A DNA stretch of 64,000 bases, taken from assembly GCA_022813965.1 (NCBI GenBank), contig JALDZS010000043.1, positions 1 through 64,000 of the forward strand. The letters are read 5' to 3'. The position numbers and the translations under genes were made by a program. This document shows, in pieces, positions 52,809 through 64,000 of this stretch (the stretch's first letter is position 1; each line of letters begins with the position of its first letter). The notes under the pieces were generated by a model. The model did no database searches, was not told where the DNA came from, and was given only the letters and a program-made list of their open reading frames with translations. This DNA comes from Toensbergia leucococca (taxonomy: Eukaryota).

Positions 52809-53150
52809 ACGATGGGAGTTCGTTGTTGGGAGGGGGGTTGAGTAAGGGGGTGATTGGGGCGGGGGTGTGTAGGGGGGAGGGAGGGTGATGTTGGTACATT
52901 TGTGGCACCGGGCTTTCTGTGGACCTTGTCTATGATAAATGATCTTACTCGTCGGTTCTCTCTGTGGCGCCTTCTGGCTCTGGTAGGATAAATAGGTTAG
53001 GTTGGTAGGTAGGGTGGTTGTGTACGTTCCACGGGGGGTTACAATGATGGCTATCTATGCTGTGATGAATTTGGGGCTTTTTGAGTGTTAGTGGTGATTG
53101 TGATTTGAATGTGTTGGTTTTGATATGAGTAGTATGTCGTGTTTTTTTTT

Positions 53151-53731
53151 GGGTATTGATTCATGTACACCCCCTTTTGATACCTGTACCACCCCCCCCC
53201 ACCCCCCTTCAAACAAGTGGCCGGGCGCAAAATCACCGAGGGAAATTTTATCATTCTGCACCACATCTTGCCTCAATTCCCTACCACTTTGCAAGCCATT
53301 TGGTTGTTCTATTTGCGTGCCATCTAGAAGTCAAATTACCTAGGAGAAAACCAATGCTTTTGTACCACATCCTGACTTGATTCCCTCACACCTGAGCGCA
53401 CGATCATCCCCCCCCCCCCCAAGGCGCAAAAACATCGTGATTCTGAATCACCTCCTTCAAAAATCATGAAACACCCTGTTATCTACAGGAATTCCACCTG
53501 CCCCCCCTTCACCTCCCCCCCTCCCTCTATTTCCTCGCCCTCCTCTAGGTCCTCGGCCATATTGAACAGGTAATTGGCTTGCGAAGTGATGGGGAATCGA
53601 GGCAAGATGTGATGCAGAATGATAAAATTTCCCTCGGTGGTTTTGCGCCCGGCCACTTGTTTGAAGGGGGGTGGGGGGGGGGTGGGGGGGGCGTCCATGT
53701 ATCAAAAAGGGGCGTCCATGTATCAGGAGCC
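53151..53731. mobile_element. Non-autonomous long-TIR element (MULE/Mutator-type MITE), 581 bp
   Basis: ~150-bp imperfect terminal inverted repeats (ccccttcaaacaagtggccgggcgcaaaa.caccgagggaaattttatcattctgca..), GG..CC termini, T9 on both sides (53142-53150; 53732-53740), no coding capacity. Confidence 0.85.
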
Positions 53732-54644
53732 TTTTTTTTTTTAGGGTGCGTTACCTAAGGTAATGATGAGTCTGATGAGTGACTTTATATTGTATTGAAC
53801 TGTTATGGCAGGGGTTTTTTGATATGAAGGGTTTTTTTGTTGTTGAGAGATTTGAGATTTTGTAGATGGTTTTCTTTTTTTGGGATTCTGTGAGGGGGTC
53901 TTTTTTTGGTGGTGTGTATTGTGTATTGGGGGTTTGAGTTGAGGGAGGGGATTCTTTTGATTTGATGCGCGTTTTGTTTGTTTGAGGGGTTGAGAAAGGG
54001 GGGGGAGGATGAAGTTTGAATGTGTATTTTTTTCATCTAGGGGTGATTTTTTTTTCAGCTGGATTTTGAGGGATTGAGCTGAGATGAGGGGGTTGTATAG
54101 TAGGTCAAATTTAATTTTTTTTTTGGCAATCAAGTTCAATTTATAGACTACAAGCGCGGAGAAAAAATTGCAGCCACATATATGTGTATAATTTTTCTTA
54201 TCCTTGGTATGAGCGCTAGGCTAAAGGATTTACTTGAGAGGTTCAGTCTGAAGAGGCGTGATTGCGGAAGTTGAGATGGGAAGCTGCGTTGGTTCGTTCT
54301 CGGCGATCGTGGTGGCTGGGAGGGACTGAGAGGCTTTTCTGATGTTGAGGATGGGGTTAGCTGGGGTTGGGTGTTGGGGGTTCGGATGTGTGGACGTTTT
54401 GTGGTGGGCGGTTGGTAAGGTGGAAGTTTTTTTGGTTCGGAAAAGGGTGGGAGGAGGATAGGAGTTGGGGAGGTAGGGGTTTATGAGAGTCGCAGGTTGG
54501 TTGGCGGTGTTTACTGATTAGGGCGTCGTTACTTTGACTGGTTGGCGTGCTGGGGAGTCTGGAGAGCGACTCGATGATCAGTGCTTCCTATTAATACGCG
54601 ATTCGGCCTGTCAAACCATACTTGGAGACACTGAAACGCAATTC

Positions 54645-55550
54645 TCATCGACCTGCACACCCCTCCGGACACCCCGTCGGCCGACTAGGATCATAGACTT
54701 CATAGCCCTCATCTTCGGTATCGCTTTCCCCCTCCTCAACCACCAACCCTGTCCCGCTCGCTATCTTCCGAACCCTCAACCCGGCACCTTCTCTCCCTTG
54801 TCCTCCTCCCTCCTTCCCGGTTCCAAATGTCTCCTTCTTTTCCGACTCGTCCTCCACGGCAAACGCGTTTTTAAAGCCTCCCTTCTTGAAGCCGCCTCCG
54901 ACATCTATCTTTACGGGTAGGATGTTTATGATGCCGCTTTTTTCGTCGGCTTTCTTTTCGGCTTTGCGTGCTTTGTTGCTGGCTAGTGGATCGCGTTGCA
55001 TTTGTTTCATTTCTTTGAGACGCTGGTCGATGAACGAGATGTTAACGAAATGTAGTCTGAAGTGCCACATCAAGGCGAGATATTGATATGTTCCAGTATA
55101 TGAATCTAAGTGTATAGCTTTTCCACCATACGCCCTTCCGAGTGGGCGGTGCCGGCAGAACTCGGAGCCCCCCCAAATACTAGGTTCTCAGGAATAGAGA
55201 GCTCAGACTTACCTTCTTATGTTGATGATCATAGCTCGATTCATGGGCCTCGAATTCGTTCATTCGGCTGTAGCCTTTGGAGCAAAGGTCGCAGAAGAAG
55301 GATTTGCGGGCTTCGCGCGCCGAGGCTGTCTGCGGTGCAGATTGTAATCATCAGCCGTATGTCCCAGCTAATCTCGACGTCTGCTCCGCAGATAGTATTT
55401 CAAAGAATGAACGGACATATGTGGAAAGCCGGAAAGCAGATTGAGAAGGGAGGTACCTTGGCAGGAGGGTTGGTGAGACCGCGCTGGAGGTTCCTAGTCA
55501 GATTGAGAAGAGCGACGGAGAGAGTGCTAGGAGGGACTTGCTGGAGGCAT
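54645..55550 (-). CDS. Single C2H2 zinc-finger protein (GPATCH8/ZNF804-type finger), 176 aa, 4 exons: 55550-55542, 55483-55457, 55329-55213, 55022-54645
   Basis: Spliced MPPRGLTNPPAKTASAREARKSFFCDLCSKGYSRMNEFEAHESSYDHQHKKRLKEMKQMQRDP..GGGFKKGGFKNAF; first intron GC-AG. Confidence 0.85.
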
Positions 55551-56524
55551 GACGGGCAAGAGAGGCCAGGAGAATTATGAAGCAAATATTGTACAGCAAT
55601 TGTGACAGAGCTGATTGTGGTGGGTGGAAGCACTCGAGATCCGGGTCGCAAGGATTCCTCGATTCAAATGGCTTCTCTCTCTCCTTGGCAAGTTCCTTTT
55701 TTGATGCACGAAATGGATAACCAGTGATTGATTATATGACGATTTCATTGCACGACTAATAGATGAGTAAGTAAGGTCATCTTTCTACTTGTCGACCAAA
55801 GGATTTAAGTTAAAAGGCTTCTCGATAGCTCAATGATTGAGGTGGAGTCTTCAAATATTCTATTCAAAGCTTCTAGTTTCCAGATTCAAGCAGTCGAGGA
55901 AGTCTGCGTACAAAGAAGATTGGGCAGGTTGCTACTCCAAAGCAAACAGCAATATAAACTCCTGATCATAACTTTGAACAACCTTTCCGATTCTGGTTAG
56001 GAAGCTCGACCAGCCCTGTGGGGCTAGACCATAGGGCTGAGCAGCTAACTGATTGCATCGTTTCTCCATATCTTCGCACCACGTGAATATTGATTCTCAT
56101 TTAACGTTCAAATTATCAGCAAATATGATCTTTTCATTCTCTCACTCACCTTGTTTCCTAGTCTCATCTCATCTTCTTTTGAACCTTCTTTCAAACCGTC
56201 TTAGATACAAGAACAGTACCGATGTAAATGTTTGATACTCCTCGATGTACTTTACAGAGAGTCAACATGAAAGAGACTGCTTCTGACACTGTCACGTGAA
56301 GGTAGAGTACTGAAACAATACTTCAACATCAATGAAATGAACCCAGAAAGATCAAAGCATTTATGAATTCACCAACGCTCCATCAACCGCTTGATCACTA
56401 ATCTGTCTCCTCATATGATATTGCATTTCCACATTTGTCTTGAAGAGAATGGCAAATAGGAGCAGATGATCTCAAAAGCAGCCAACACCGCTCTTTACTC
56501 CCAACAAATGGAGACGTTGCAAAT

Positions 56525-57997
56525 CTACCAGAACGGCGGGTGCGGCACAAAATGATGGCCGAATTTGCACAAATAATTACACCACGCTTGTCTCAAGCAC
56601 CAATGATTCACCTCCTCCAAGGGCATGCAGATTTCATCTGAACTTGAAGTGGCACTTGGATTGGGTGAATTAGGTGGTACTGGTGGCTCATATACAAAGC
56701 CCTGATGACCAGGGGGAAGCGAAGGACGTGGGGGCTGAAATTCACCCGGCCGATTACCCTCCCAAAAGCTACCAGTGCGATCCTTGGGGGGTAGAGGACG
56801 ATTAGGATCGGGGGATCCCACAATGACCGGTTGAGGATTCTTTGGTCTTCCTGGCCATTCATGACCCCGTTCCAGCTGTGCCGAGGCTTCGGCCTCTGCG
56901 TAATGCGCTTCCGCCCATTTGCGCTCCCTGTTTCCCCTCGCTATTTGTGCCGCTCTCTCTTCAAAAGCGTTTGCCCATTCTGTCTTTACTTCCTGCTTCA
57001 CTTCCTCCACTTCGTGTTTTCGCCACTCCATTTCCTGCTGATAGTCTGCCAAGGCTTTCTTTTTTGCTTCGGCTTTCGCTTTGGCTGCTGCCTTTTGTGC
57101 TTTCAATCTGTCCATGGTTTGCATAAACGTTTCGTTGGCTTGTTTTAATCTTTCTCTCTCTCTAGCTTCGGCTTTAGCCGCGTCCTGAGCCTTATACTTG
57201 TCACTCATTGGTGCTGGTCTCACAGACTTTGGTAAAGGGTCGCCATAGAACCCGGCGATCGGGACCCGGGAAGGTGTTGGGATCACAACAGGAGGGACCG
57301 GGGGAAGGAGAGGTAGAGGGGTAGGAGGGGGGGGGATTGGAGGAGGAGGGATCGCAGGAAGGGGGACTGGTGGAGGCAGAGTTGGGGGTCCGGAACCTTC
57401 AGACCCGGCGTGACCAGACCCAGCGTGACCAGATCCAGCGTGGCCGGATCCAGCAGAACCAGACTCAGAGGTAGCAGGAGAATCAAAGCCAGGAGGAGAT
57501 GCAATACCGGGAGGCGTATGGATGCAAGCCAGACATCCGCCAAAGTCAGAAGACGATGACGGAGATCTGAAACCGGCAAGAGGGTCGGAAGTGTCCTTGG
57601 GCTTGGGGCTTTTGGGAAGCCCCCAGGTAGCACCACCCGCCATGCCGCCAATTCCGCCCACCACTCCTCCAACAACCCCACCGGCAATCGCGCCTGCTTT
57701 GTGAGATGGCTGCGCAACGACGTAGTAGCTCGACGTTCCGGACGGGCGTTGCCACTTTCGGGGTTGTAGTAGGGAGGGGGGTGGTGAGGCGGTTGTTGGT
57801 GCCGAGGTTAGGATTTGGGAGGGACTGAGAGGACTGGCGGAGACGACGGTTGCGGATACGGAAGGGCTGGAGATTCGGATTTGAGACTCTTTTGACGAGA
57901 GCGGGTGGGCGGAGACGGGTGGGTTTGGGGCGATGAGGATGAGGCTGTGGAATAGGATGCAAAGACTGGTGAATAGCTGGGGTTTTTGAGGCGCCAT
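56525..57997 (-). CDS. Orphan Pro/Ser-rich protein with signal-like N-terminus (490 aa)
   Basis: Long ORF with A-rich start context; hydrophobic N-terminus, GAIAGGVVGGVVGGIGG segment, (AGSGH)x3, poly-Pro, charged coiled-coil, Cys/Trp/His C-terminus. Confidence 0.7.
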   Translation of the reverse strand: MAPQKPQLFTSLCILFHSLILIAPNPPVSAHPLSSKESQIRISSPSVSATVVSASPLSPSQILTSAPTTASPPPSLLQPRKWQRPSGTSSYYVVAQPSHKAGAIAGGVVGGVVGGIGGMAGGATWGLPKSPKPKDTSDPLAGFRSPSSSSDFGGCLACIHTPPGIASPPGFDSPATSESGSAGSGHAGSGHAGSGHAGSEGSGPPTLPPPVPLPAIPPPPIPPPPTPLPLLPPVPPVVIPTPSRVPIAGFYGDPLPKSVRPAPMSDKYKAQDAAKAEARERERLKQANETFMQTMDRLKAQKAAAKAKAEAKKKALADYQQEMEWRKHEVEEVKQEVKTEWANAFEERAAQIARGNRERKWAEAHYAEAEASAQLERGHEWPGRPKNPQPVIVGSPDPNRPLPPKDRTGSFWEGNRPGEFQPPRPSLPPGHQGFVYEPPVPPNSPNPSATSSSDEICMPLEEVNHWCLRQAWCNYLCKFGHHFVPHPPFW

Positions 57998-58268
57998 TTT
58001 TTTTTGGATGACTGTTTGAATATGAAAAAGGATCTCGGATTTGAGATGAGGGTGGTCTGACCCTTTTTGTATAAAAGAGATCTGGACTTTTTTTTTGGCC
58101 TGGGGTTGTAGAAATTAGAAAAGATTCTAGTATTCGGTCACAAGCACCCCACATGCCAGCTCTCAGCTTGTATAACTCTCAACGTCTATACGCAATACCT
58201 CAACCGGTCGGGGAAGGTGAGGGGGTGAGAGGGAAGATTTGATATTAGTTTTCTGTTATAAAAGTATA

Positions 58269-58269
58269 G

Positions 58270-58300
<31 letters not shown>

Positions 58301-58380
58301 GATTTGAGAGGAAGATGAGCAGAAGAGGGGGTGTGTTTTTTGAGTTTGTTTTTCTTTTGTGTGTGTGTGTGTGTGTGTGT
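58269..58380. repeat. Poly-T tract and (GT)n microsatellite
   Basis: About 27 T at 58269-58295 and (GT)~11 ending at 58380. Confidence 0.9.
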
Positions 58381-58766
58381 TTTTATGAAGTGAGACGAAG
58401 GCCGCTCTTTCTTGGTGGGTAGATCTGTACACGATCAGAGTCAGGGGAAAAAACTTCTTACACAGCTAGGGTTGATGCCCGACTCATTTAAAGTATGGCG
58501 GAAATCTGTTTGTTCGGTGTGGGTGAGATTTCAGATACGACATCATCATCATCACACACACGCCTCGGTGAACAATGGTGCTGGTTGTCGCTGATGAAGA
58601 CTGTAGTTGCTCTTAGAGAACGAAAAGATGGAAACCCCCCAATCATCTAAAAGCAGCAAAAGTCTCCGTTCAGCGAATACAAGCACCACAGCGACCAGTG
58701 CACGCACACACGAAGGGTACCACTCTATCATACCAGAAATACCTCAGTCCCACCCTCTACCACCAC

Positions 58767-59856
58767 CTAGACCGCATACCGCAACCCGCCCCTCAAAAGC
58801 CCCCAAAACTCCTCCACAATCCCCCTCCCCCCCTCGCCCCCCCTAACAACCAGATACCTCCTCGCATCAACCTCGCCCTCCCATTCCCCGGGCATCCCAC
58901 CAACAACCAATCCCCCAGCCTCCTCAACTACAACCCAACCGGCAGCGACATCCCAAGCCCAGCACCCCCCCTCCCAATAAACATCCACATGCCCCGCAGC
59001 CACAGCGCACATATTCAGCGCCGCGGATCCCAACGAGCGCAACGAATGCACCATTCCTGTTTTCGTCGGCCCCGCCGCAGCAGCAGCAGGCTCGCCATCA
59101 GCCGACGAGGAGGAGGAGGAGGAGGATGAGGGGTGATGAGCAGCAGCCAGCGCGGCAAAAGTGGCGGTTTTGCAGTCGTAGTTGGATCCGGAGCGCTCGT
59201 TGCCCCATTCCACAGCTACAAGGCATTTATCCAGCTTTGTCAGAGGGGCAGCCTCGCCCAGCGGCAAACGCGTCGTCGTATAACTGCACTCCACCACCTT
59301 CTTCTCGGCGCCGGGATGCGGAATCGCTGACGGTGGGGGTAGAGAGGGGCATGTGAGGAAGGCGCCGCGGCCTTTGATGGCGGTGTAGAGGTTTTGGGTG
59401 AAAGGATTGTAGACGACGCCCACCAGGGGCCGGCGGTGGTGGGCGAAGGCGAGGGAGATGGAGATGTAGGGGTGGCCGTGTACGAAGTTTGTGGTACCGT
59501 CTATCGGGTCGACGATGAAGGTCGGGGCGTCTGTGAGGCGGGAGGTACTGGTTGCGGTTTCTTCGCCCAGGAAGGTGTAGGTGGGGTATCTTTTGGCGAG
59601 GGCGGTCGAGACGGTTGTTTCGACGGCTTTGTCGGTTTGGGTCACTAGGTCGGCGGCTAAGACGGTATTTTGAGTCAGCGTTTGAGTGTGTTTCTGTGGT
59701 GGAATGGGAAGTGGGGGGGTTGGTACAGTTTATTTTTGTGCCGAATGTTGTCGTGGAGGGGCGGGCGGAGGTGATGGTGTCGCCGGCAACTTTGGCGAGG
59801 TCGATGAGGAAGTCATGAATTTCTTGAAGGTCAGGGGTGGGTTCGGAAGAGGTCAT
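58767..59856 (-). CDS. Inositol monophosphatase family protein (2 exons)
   Basis: SADLVTQTDKAVE, FLGEE, IVDPIDGTTNFVHG, RSLGSAALNMCAVAAG, WAWDVAAG. Confidence 0.95.
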
Positions 59857-60184
59857 TGTTCGAGCAGGATTGGGTTGTGATGGGATTGCTGACTCCCAGT
59901 TGAGAGAAATTGGATTTATCGTGGCTCGGTGGGTTAACTTCTCTCTCCGGCAGAATTCTTCTTATCCATTCACCGCTCTCGGCCTGCCTACCAATCACCA
60001 ACGACCTTGACGCCATGTGCCCTAATCAGCCTAAGACAGGGGTATGATAGCTGGAAGATATCAAATTGTAAATACACATAATCTGTCGTGTCGTTTCATC
60101 GAGACAGTGACGATTGAGCTATGCACCATGATAGCTGGACAATGCAACATTCAGCTCTAGACACCACGCTGATGCAAGCGACGC

Positions 60185-63100
60185 TTAATGACCCTTGCCC
60201 ATACTCATCCGCGCAAGATCTTCCGAGACACCCCACCGCCCTTCTTCATTCTCGCCACTGGCTCTTCTCGTCCGCCCCGGGGAAGCTAATTGTTCTTCCA
60301 CTGATTTTCCTAATCCAACGCTTGTAGTATTGCCAGAAGATACGGGCCGAGCGGAATGCAATTGCTCTCTCTGCTTCCTGTCTTCATCTTCCTGCATAGG
60401 GGCAGGAGATCTACTCAGAAACTCTGCGATCTCAGCCTCACTTGTACCTTTCTTCATATCAGTATCCAAGCTCGGACCATGCTTGCTAGACGAATGATGA
60501 TGTCGTGTCCCGTACGGAGAATCAATATCCTCGTCGTCATCCGTCACATCAAACAAGGCATCATCCCATAATGCCGAGTCTTCTCTTGATAGCATTGGTC
60601 GACTCTTACTACTGTTGAGGCTGCTGTCCTTTGCCGATATCAGGTCGGAGACTCCATCTTTAGCTTCGTGCATTTCGCTTTCGGTACGTTCATGCTGCAT
60701 CTGTAGTTGACTCTTGACCTCCTCGCCATGCTCGTCTACGCCTTCCTCCATAGGCTTCGCACGTTCTTCGCTGGGCTCGAGTGTATCTGCAGTAGTGGCT
60801 GCGTAAGTATCTGCAAAGTGGGTATCAACGAGATGTTTGATCACCGGCCATCCGTACGCATTGGCAAACATTCGTCGAACGACCATATTGTTATGCGCGT
60901 CTGGCTCTAGCCGGACCAAGACCTTGCGCCACGAGAGATCACGATGATAGGCCCGAGCGATCTTCTCTTCGACCTTCATGCCACCGGTGTTGGGAGAGTT
61001 ACCACCGTGATGCTCATAATCCGTGTCGGATCTTGAGATGCCTTCTCTAGCCTCACTTGAAAAGGATCTTGTGAGGCCTGTTCGACGTTTTATAGGAGCA
61101 GGAGGAGGAGCGGGTATATCATCAGGGTGGTAAATGCGGTCATGAAATATAGTTCGCGGTCGACTTTGAGGATCCACGAGAAACTCCAAAGTCGGGAGCG
61201 GTGGATTTAGTATATCGCCAGCTGACTCGAAAAACGTTGTCTTGGGAGGAGCAAACAAATTATCCGGATCTTCAATGAATGAATCGCCGCGAGCCATGCC
61301 AGATCGTTTTGTAGGGGGAGTCGAGCCACGTTCAAGAGTGCTTTCCGACGATTGACTTGCCCCATCTCCTCCCATATCATTAATGGTCTGGCCCCTTTTG
61401 TAGATTTTCGTGTGTTTGGGTGAGTGATTATGACTCTTACTCTTGGACTTGGTTTGCTTAGGTCGAAGAAAAGAAAGAAACCCGCTTAGAGGATGGGTTG
61501 GTTGAGCAGGCGAGCGATCTTTGGAACTTTTGCCATCGTAGTCTTCATCCTGAAAGCGTTGTGCATGCCCATTTTGAAACTCTTCGGCCTCGTCTGCTTC
61601 AGCTTGTTCAGTAGCAGTGTCCTTCCTGGTGGCGTCTTCTGTAGGTTGAGGTACTATTGCCTGCTCAGGTTGATTGGATACGCTTGCCTCGTCGTCACTG
61701 CTTTCGTCGCCATGCAACCCGACGCCGTGGTCTCGTTTCTGGAGATGAGATCGATGTGCGGTAGAATTCGCTCCGGTCAACTCGGCCCAACCCCAGCCTG
61801 CCATGGTTCCAACTAGGCCGTTCTCTCGTCGTGCCTTATCGACACGGCCAAGACCTCTCCAATCGAGGAACAATAGACAAGAAGTACGTAATGGTACAAT
61901 TCCATCGTTCACCACGTTTGAATACACTGTCCTATTCCTGAACATCTTCAAAACCTGAAAAGCCGGGCCTGTCGGCAGGACCCGAAGCAACGGTTTCGAT
62001 CCAGGGTCCCCTTGTCTATGAGCTCTTTGACCTTCTGAACCAATGCCTCCAATCATTGCACCCCATCCACTTCGCACCATCGTTGGAGCCCTCCACGTCA
62101 GGCCCAGATCTTGACCTGTCCTTCCTACAAGCCCAAAATCAAGAGCAAATTTTACATAGATGGGGTTTTCGTTGCTCAGCCCTAAAAAGGGGGAGGCCAT
62201 GGCCACAAAGTTGATAGGTTTGATCTCTTCAAAAAAATGTGGTGAATGTTTGTGTATATAAGCGATAGCGTACATTTGGGTCAGGCCTCCTAAAGAATGG
62301 GCAATGAAACTGATGCTTGTAACTTTATATGCTGGGTATTCTGGTTTCTTTACAGAACGATAGAGCGTGTTATGCATATTCGCAGGCTGATCCGTTGGCA
62401 GACCGTCTTTCGGGTCTGACGGTTCTTGTCCTGTCAATGCCCGTGAAATCTTCTTGCCAACGGATTTTTTTACTGGGAGAAAAGGTTGATCAGGATATGT
62501 CATCGATAGTACATATTTGGCAAGACGCTTGCCAAGGTATTGAATTCCTCGTTCAGTTCGTACAGCATTACCAGAGAAACCCCGTACAATGACCTGTTCA
62601 TCCTCGCTATCGTCATCTGCACCACCATCGAGGTCCTCTTGACCCCCTGACAGTGGTGCTGTAGACGTTGCTTGCTCACTCTCTGTTTTCCCTATGTTAT
62701 CACTGTCAGCTTCGGATTGACCGTCTTGACTCTTCGTCTGATCTCGACCATTTTGCTTGGCTCTTTTACTCAATTTTTCTTGCCGAGCAATTTTAGCAGT
62801 GGCATCTATGCTTTCTTTCAAATAGAGCATATCAGCACCTAGATTACTGTGTAGACCATGGGTCAACACGACAAGATGAATTTTCTTTCTTCGCTTCGCT
62901 TTTGGCTTGTCAGTCGATTTTTCGTTACTAGCTGTCTGCATAGTGCTATCCGATGCAAACGAGTGCGCATGATCACCTCTCGAATTCATGTGCTCCCGCC
63001 TCTTGACCTTGTCCTTGCCATCATGATCCCATTTCGGTAAACCGGGTTTATTCCACAAGCTTGCAGTATCGTCCACCGTCAAAGTCACAGCCTTCGAGTA

Positions 63101-63733
63101 GACACCTTTGGGTTGAGCGGCACTATGACCATCCCTACTTCTTTTGCCCATCTGATGATCCTGTAATTGCCCCGGCACCACTTGAGATACTCCCGTCAAT
63201 GCCGAGAACCCCAATTCTATTGAATTCTCATCCCTTCCCACAAGTACTTCGAAATGTACAGTGGCCGAGGTAGAAAAGATTACTTGAGATGATATCTCAA
63301 TGATCCATGTAAAACTCGGGACCCTTCCGTCGGTTGTCCTCTTCACGTTGGCCTTGCCAGCGGTCTCGCGAATATTCTCTGGGACTGTGAGGCGAGCGTT
63401 CCAGCTTCCGCCAGCTTTCAGGTTCGGCTCGAATTGGGGCGTACCGTCCTGCCATGGTGATTGGTGCTTGTAGTGGGGATCAAATGTAGAGGGATAACAG
63501 GCAGCATAGAGGGTATATGGTCCATGAAGATAAGCAGCCCGAAGTGGGATAGCAGAGGAATTCTTTATCTTGACATAGAGAAATGACGGCGATGGAAGGA
63601 TGCGGTCATTTGAAGGGGTGTAGGTAAGAGTGTACCTGTCACATATGAGCTTCAGACCTACTGTCATACCGAGCTGTACGAACCTCACTACCTCTCCAAT
63701 TCTCACACTACCGACTTGATGAATGAGGAGCAT
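60185..63733 (-). CDS. DUF676 putative serine esterase/lipase (Rog1-like)
   Basis: HLVVLTHGLHSN, ISFIAHSLGGL nucleophile elbow, ASPFLG, VYSNVVNDGIVPLRTS, DAHNNMVVRR; likely start MLLIHQVGSV at 63733 with 48-nt intron 63683-63636. Confidence 0.92.
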   Translation of the reverse strand: MLLIHQVGSVRIGEVVRFVQLGMTVGLKLICDRYTLTYTPSNDRILPSPSFLYVKIKNSSAIPLRAAYLHGPYTLYAACYPSTFDPHYKHQSPWQDGTPQFEPNLKAGGSWNARLTVPENIRETAGKANVKRTTDGRVPSFTWIIEISSQVIFSTSATVHFEVLVGRDENSIELGFSALTGVSQVVPGQLQDHQMGKRSRDGHSAAQPKGVYSKAVTLTVDDTASLWNKPGLPKWDHDGKDKVKRREHMNSRGDHAHSFASDSTMQTASNEKSTDKPKAKRRKKIHLVVLTHGLHSNLGADMLYLKESIDATAKIARQEKLSKRAKQNGRDQTKSQDGQSEADSDNIGKTESEQATSTAPLSGGQEDLDGGADDDSEDEQVIVRGFSGNAVRTERGIQYLGKRLAKYVLSMTYPDQPFLPVKKSVGKKISRALTGQEPSDPKDGLPTDQPANMHNTLYRSVKKPEYPAYKVTSISFIAHSLGGLTQMYAIAYIHKHSPHFFEEIKPINFVAMASPFLGLSNENPIYVKFALDFGLVGRTGQDLGLTWRAPTMVRSGWGAMIGGIGSEGQRAHRQGDPGSKPLLRVLPTGPAFQVLKMFRNRTVYSNVVNDGIVPLRTSCLLFLDWRGLGRVDKARRENGLVGTMAGWGWAELTGANSTAHRSHLQKRDHGVGLHGDESSDDEASVSNQPEQAIVPQPTEDATRKDTATEQAEADEAEEFQNGHAQRFQDEDYDGKSSKDRSPAQPTHPLSGFLSFLRPKQTKSKSKSHNHSPKHTKIYKRGQTINDMGGDGASQSSESTLERGSTPPTKRSGMARGDSFIEDPDNLFAPPKTTFFESAGDILNPPLPTLEFLVDPQSRPRTIFHDRIYHPDDIPAPPPAPIKRRTGLTRSFSSEAREGISRSDTDYEHHGGNSPNTGGMKVEEKIARAYHRDLSWRKVLVRLEPDAHNNMVVRRMFANAYGWPVIKHLVDTHFADTYAATTADTLEPSEERAKPMEEGVDEHGEEVKSQLQMQHERTESEMHEAKDGVSDLISAKDSSLNSSKSRPMLSREDSALWDDALFDVTDDDEDIDSPYGTRHHHSSSKHGPSLDTDMKKGTSEAEIAEFLSRSPAPMQEDEDRKQREQLHSARPVSSGNTTSVGLGKSVEEQLASPGRTRRASGENEEGRWGVSEDLARMSMGKGH

Positions 63734-64000
63734 ACTCTGGGCGCGACGGATCGCATGCGGAGATAGCTGCCAGCCAGAAGCTGGCTCGTGTAAGAATTTT
63801 CCAGTAGTCCTGAATTCTTGTTCTGCTATCTGCAGCTGTTGGTAGGTGCGAGGTGTGATTAGCATGGAGGCGGAGGACGCTGTGCATCATTTAGGGCATA
63901 ACAATACAACGGAGAGCGCGGGACTGAATTCCTTGGCAAAAGCAACAACAACATGTGGGATGGTCAATACTTGGCTGTCAACTCGATTTTGCCTTCAGAG

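Noticed and set aside
53741..54520. Minus-strand Lys/Pro/Asn-rich ORFs (also 28422-28691, 17991-18356, 18507-19067, 623-883, 962-1358)
   Set aside because: Explained by extreme strand composition and homopolymers; no recognisable motifs
63734..63865. N-terminal extension of the DUF676 ORF and its in-frame FVQLGMTVGLKLICDR segment
   Set aside because: The conserved-looking start is MLLIHQVGSV at 63733 and the insert is bounded by GT..AG; treated as UTR and intron

Overview
Filamentous-ascomycete (Pezizomycotina-type) nuclear DNA with short GT-AG introns and CTRAY branch sites. Two gene-dense blocks flank a ~23 kb interval with no long ORF. Left block (1-27.6 kb): small Cys-rich ORF, GH65 acid trehalase, NSE1, DUF427 protein, SRA/YDG protein, small secreted protein, a 3-exon hypothetical gene, a divergent kinase, an RBR/IBR E3-like protein, UTP21 and VIP1/asp1. 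Right block (50.7-64 kb): SRPK (Sky1/Dsk1), a 581-bp MULE-type MITE, a C2H2-finger gene, a Pro-rich orphan, inositol monophosphatase and a DUF676 lipase. The middle interval (27.6-50.7 kb) is not a recognisable transposon array. It holds one apparently open tandem Myb/SANT-like exon, several decayed Myb-like look-alikes, many tandem and dispersed duplications of different ages, and an isolated frameshifted KTI12 3' fragment. Two further observations: repeated C/A-rich to G/T-rich strand-composition switches that cut through coding sequence regardless of gene orientation, and an in-frame TGA in NSE1 just ahead of an intact acidic tail. All family calls are by motif recognition from memory; no searches were run.
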